Shown in pieces: positions 60,581-64,000 of a stretch of 64,000 bases of DNA. Every line of letters begins with the position of its first letter. Position 1 is the stretch's first letter. The stretch is taken from assembly GCF_009914755.1 (NCBI RefSeq), contig NC_060929.1, one strand, 5' to 3'. Source of the DNA: the human T2T-CHM13v2.0 reference genome, Homo sapiens. Both the position numbers and the translations under genes were made by a program. The notes below the pieces were generated by a model. The model ran no database searches. It had not been told where the DNA came from and saw only the letters and a program-made list of their open reading frames with translations.

Positions 60581-63200
60581 ATTTCCCCCCTTTGACCAAG
60601 AATTTTTTCTGAAAGCATTGCTGATTAATCAGCCTATAGTTAGGTTTTGATTGTTTCTTGGTGCTGGAGTGGACCTTTCCTAGTCAGTCTGATCCTGCAT
60701 CAGAGGTGAATGGCCAGCAACTAAGAGCAGATGTCAAAACCCTATTAGTCACATTTAAGAAACAAAGAGGTTCAGAAGGAGTGGCTCTCAGGATAAATCT
60801 GCCTGGAGTTCATTGCTAAGTTCAATTTTGTCAGTTCCATAGGCATTGACTACCATTTGGAAGTTCTGGACCAGTGTTATTCTGTTAGATGCATCATTTC
60901 TGCAGAGGTTGGACAGGAAACAGATAAAAAGTTTAAAAAGAATGATGCGGTACAAAATTAATAGTAACATGAAATATTGTCTATGAACATGGACCCAAAG
61001 GCAGCCAACTAATGAATCAAAAGTCTATGTGAGACTGAGTGAGATCTGTTGTAGCCATAAAGCCTGTCTTGCTATTTTATGCAATTAGGTCTTGACTTCC
61101 CCAGAGAAATATATTCAGGTACAGCATGTAGTTATTAGCAATGGCACAGACATTCTTGTTCAACCAGTAGATAATTGAGAGTTATCTCATCCTGTACTGT
61201 TGTGTTATCTACGGCTACTCAGCAAGATACTTTAATGAGCACTGCTGGGCGGCAATAGCCTTTGCAGTGAAGCCTGCAACGAAACCCAAGGTGGCAAATA
61301 AATTAGGGATGTTGCCATAGTTACCCACTGGGTGGACTAAAGGATCCCTTAGGTCATGTAAAGATGTGGGTTTGACACGACAGATCCAAAACTTCATTCA
61401 GTTACGGAAGCTACTGAATGTGAAATTCTAACCACAGCGTTATTCTGCCAAGTGAAAAATGTAGGCATAAGCAAGAAAAAAAAAAATAAGAAGGATAAGA
61501 GTCCAGTTTTGTTACAATGTCTTGGGAAAAGCTTTCCACACTGTGATGTCATCAACTTCTTACTCTGGTTTGTAGTTTGAATGTTCCTGGGTATAGCATG
61601 GGGCATTTTAGTCAATTCTCTTTGTAGCCCACACAATAGCCATGAGATTTCTCTCTTGAAATTTACATGGAGTTTTCTGGCTCCAACTTGTAGGACTTTA
61701 GGAACAAGGCAGTTTATGTTCTTAGTTGGAGAATCGTAGCCAGACGTTGGAGGAAATTAGAATAATTAAGTGCCCTGTCTAATTTAGAGATAGATGACAA
61801 AAACTTGAAAACAACAAAGAAAACTACAATCTAATAACAGGTGTACTGCAGTTTTTCTTCAGAAACATAATTTTTCTCTGTACAATCATCCCTATTTCTA
61901 CTAAAGATAATCAGAGTAAGACTAATTTGTCTGCTGAATAAGTTTAGTCTCATTAAACTTGGCATGATTATTGACAACAGTATAGCAAGAAAAGGGATGA
62001 AACATGGGCTGTTTTTAAGTTTATTTTGATGGAACTTTTGATAAGAAATCTCAGATTAGACTTTTAAAAGCCTTTCAAGGGTCAGAAGTCAAAGGAGGGC
62101 GAACATCAGACTTTGGCTGCAGTATCTAAAAATCTGCATGAATTTCTCTCTTCTTGAGGTCTCCAATATATCTGGAGGTTCCTGGCCTGTCAAGAGGTAA
62201 AAATGTTTATTCACTCACTGTGAGCTTGGGAATCCTTGAAGCTAGGCATCCTGTGCATAGTCTCAAATATCACATTCAAGTCAAACCATTTATAATATAA
62301 CCAATGTTTGTAATTCTATCCTGTTACAAAGAGAATAGATTTTTATTGAATTAATGCAAATAACTATGTTGCCATAAAATAAAAATATCAATAAGAGCTC
62401 TCTGAAGACTGCAGCCACAGGTAGGAAGAAAAAATAAATATTTCCATTTTTATTTATAAAAGTATACTTTACCAAATTGCTGTATGCTATAGATAGCTTT
62501 TTAAAAGTTTTCTCAAATCTGGAAAACAAAAAATTTAAAAAAAACAGCAAAATGTTAAGCAAAAAGTCACTCGAAAATATTGCCATCAGTTTGTTTAGTC
62601 CCATTCATTAAACTTATTCTACTTGATCTGGGTTAGATGTTTTAAGAAGCCATCGTTTCTTCATTAGAGTCCTGGAAATTCTTTCCCAGTCCAGTGGTAT
62701 AATCTTAAACTCATAAGAAATCTAAATTCCAGCATACTTGCTAGAGTCCTTTTCATGAACCTCCTTGAAGAGGAAGTATTTTTCTTTATTCATTTTAATT
62801 TATTCTCTACAATACTTCATTAGGGAGTTCAATGATTTGCACTCAGAAGTTAAATAGCCAAGAGGCAAGCAAGTATAATAAACTTCAGAATTGGACTGAG
62901 GTTGTTGCACTGAAGGCCATGTAGTCTTTTGCTTCAGGGAAATAACAACAAAAATAACCAAAATGAACACATAGCTCCCTAGGCTTCTGAATCTCAATAG
63001 AGAATAACATCAACATTTAATGAAATTGTAGATATTAACACATCATGGGAAAAAAGATACTGTGCAAAATATTATAATTAACACTTGGCACTTCTTATGT
63101 CTAGATTTTTATTATAAACAATAAAATATATGTAATATCTTAACTACAGACCTTTCATGTTGAAAGGGCATCTAACATAACTTGTTTTAACATTATGAAG
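60581..63200 (-). mobile_element. ERV1 internal region (MER4-group-like) with env remnant
   Basis: Adjoins the PPT and LTR; env TM-like translation at 61112-61300 (TAKAIAAQQCSLKYLA, LNYLLVEQ, VCAIAN-TTCC). Right boundary uncertain. Confidence 0.75.
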
Positions 63201-63297
63201 GGAAAAAGTTTAGAAATTTCAAAGTGGAAACAATCCAACACTAACAAACTATAGTGATCAAAAGTATTAACTTTTAAAGAAAAACAAGGACAATTCA

Positions 63298-63480
63298 TAA
63301 AAGTAGAACTACCATTTGATCCAGCAATCTTACTGGTTATCTACCCAGAGGAAAAGAAGTCATTACACAAAAAAGATACTTGCACATGCACGTTTATAAC
63401 AGCACAATTAGCAATTGCAAAAATGTGGAACCAGCCTAAATGCCCGTGAATCAATGAGTGAATAAACTGTGGTATATATT

Positions 63481-63519
<39 letters not shown>

Positions 63520-63946
63520 ATATGTATATATATATGCATATGTATATATATATATATATATGCATAAATACATATATGTGATGGAATACTATTCAGCCAT
63601 AAAAAGGAATGAATTAATGGCATTCATAATAACCTGGATGGGATTGGAGACTATTATTCTAAGTGAAGTATCTCAGGAATGGAAAACCAAACATTGCATG
63701 TTCTCACTCTTAAGTGGGAGCTAAGCTATGCAGATGCAAAGGCATAAGAATGATACAGTGGACTTTGGGGACTCAAGGGAAAGAGTGGGAAAGGCATGAG
63801 GGGTAAAAGACTACAAATTGAGTTCAGTGTATACTGCTCGGGTGATGTGTGCACCAAAATCTCACAAATCACCACTAAAGGACTTACTCATGTAACCAAA
63901 TACCTCATGTTCTCCAAAAACCTATGGAAATAAAAAATTTAAAAAA
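63298..63946 (+). mobile_element. L1PB1-like 3' end with internal (TG)/(TA) microsatellite (63472-63580)
   Basis: GAGCTAAGCTATGCAGATGCAAAGGCATAAGAATGATACAGTGGACTTTGGGGACTC...CACCAAAATCTCACAAATCACCACTAAAG...CCTATGGAAATAAAAAA. Confidence 0.92.
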
Positions 63947-64000
63947 TTACAGAAAGGGAATGTATTATGAGACAAGCCACGTTTATAGACCAAAGCATGC

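Overview
Primate (most likely human) AT-rich non-coding genomic DNA made largely of interspersed repeats: Alu, L1PA/L1PB/L1M, L2, MaLR and ERV LTRs, and Tigger/MER DNA transposon fossils. I find no host protein-coding exon, RNA gene or CRISPR array. The long ORFs are L1 ORF2 remnants, LTR or microsatellite artefacts, or chance ORFs. I do not see a new biological system here. Four things merit follow-up. (1) Two 5'-inverted young L1s 11,643 bp apart share a base-identical inversion junction, yet have different right ends and an abrupt identity step (1 mismatch in 660 bp, then 6 in 215 bp), which points to L1-L1 gene conversion or NAHR. (2) A CpG-rich solo ERV9/LTR12 carries a duplicated CCGGAAGT ETS site and a GC-box/G-run expansion, and may act as an exapted promoter. 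(3) A pure (GGAA)16 microsatellite lies about 2.7 kb from that CpG-rich core. (4) There is a hairpin with 37-bp arms at 55.1 kb. Repeat subfamily names come from remembered consensus sequences and need RepeatMasker/Dfam confirmation. Boundaries of old elements are approximate.
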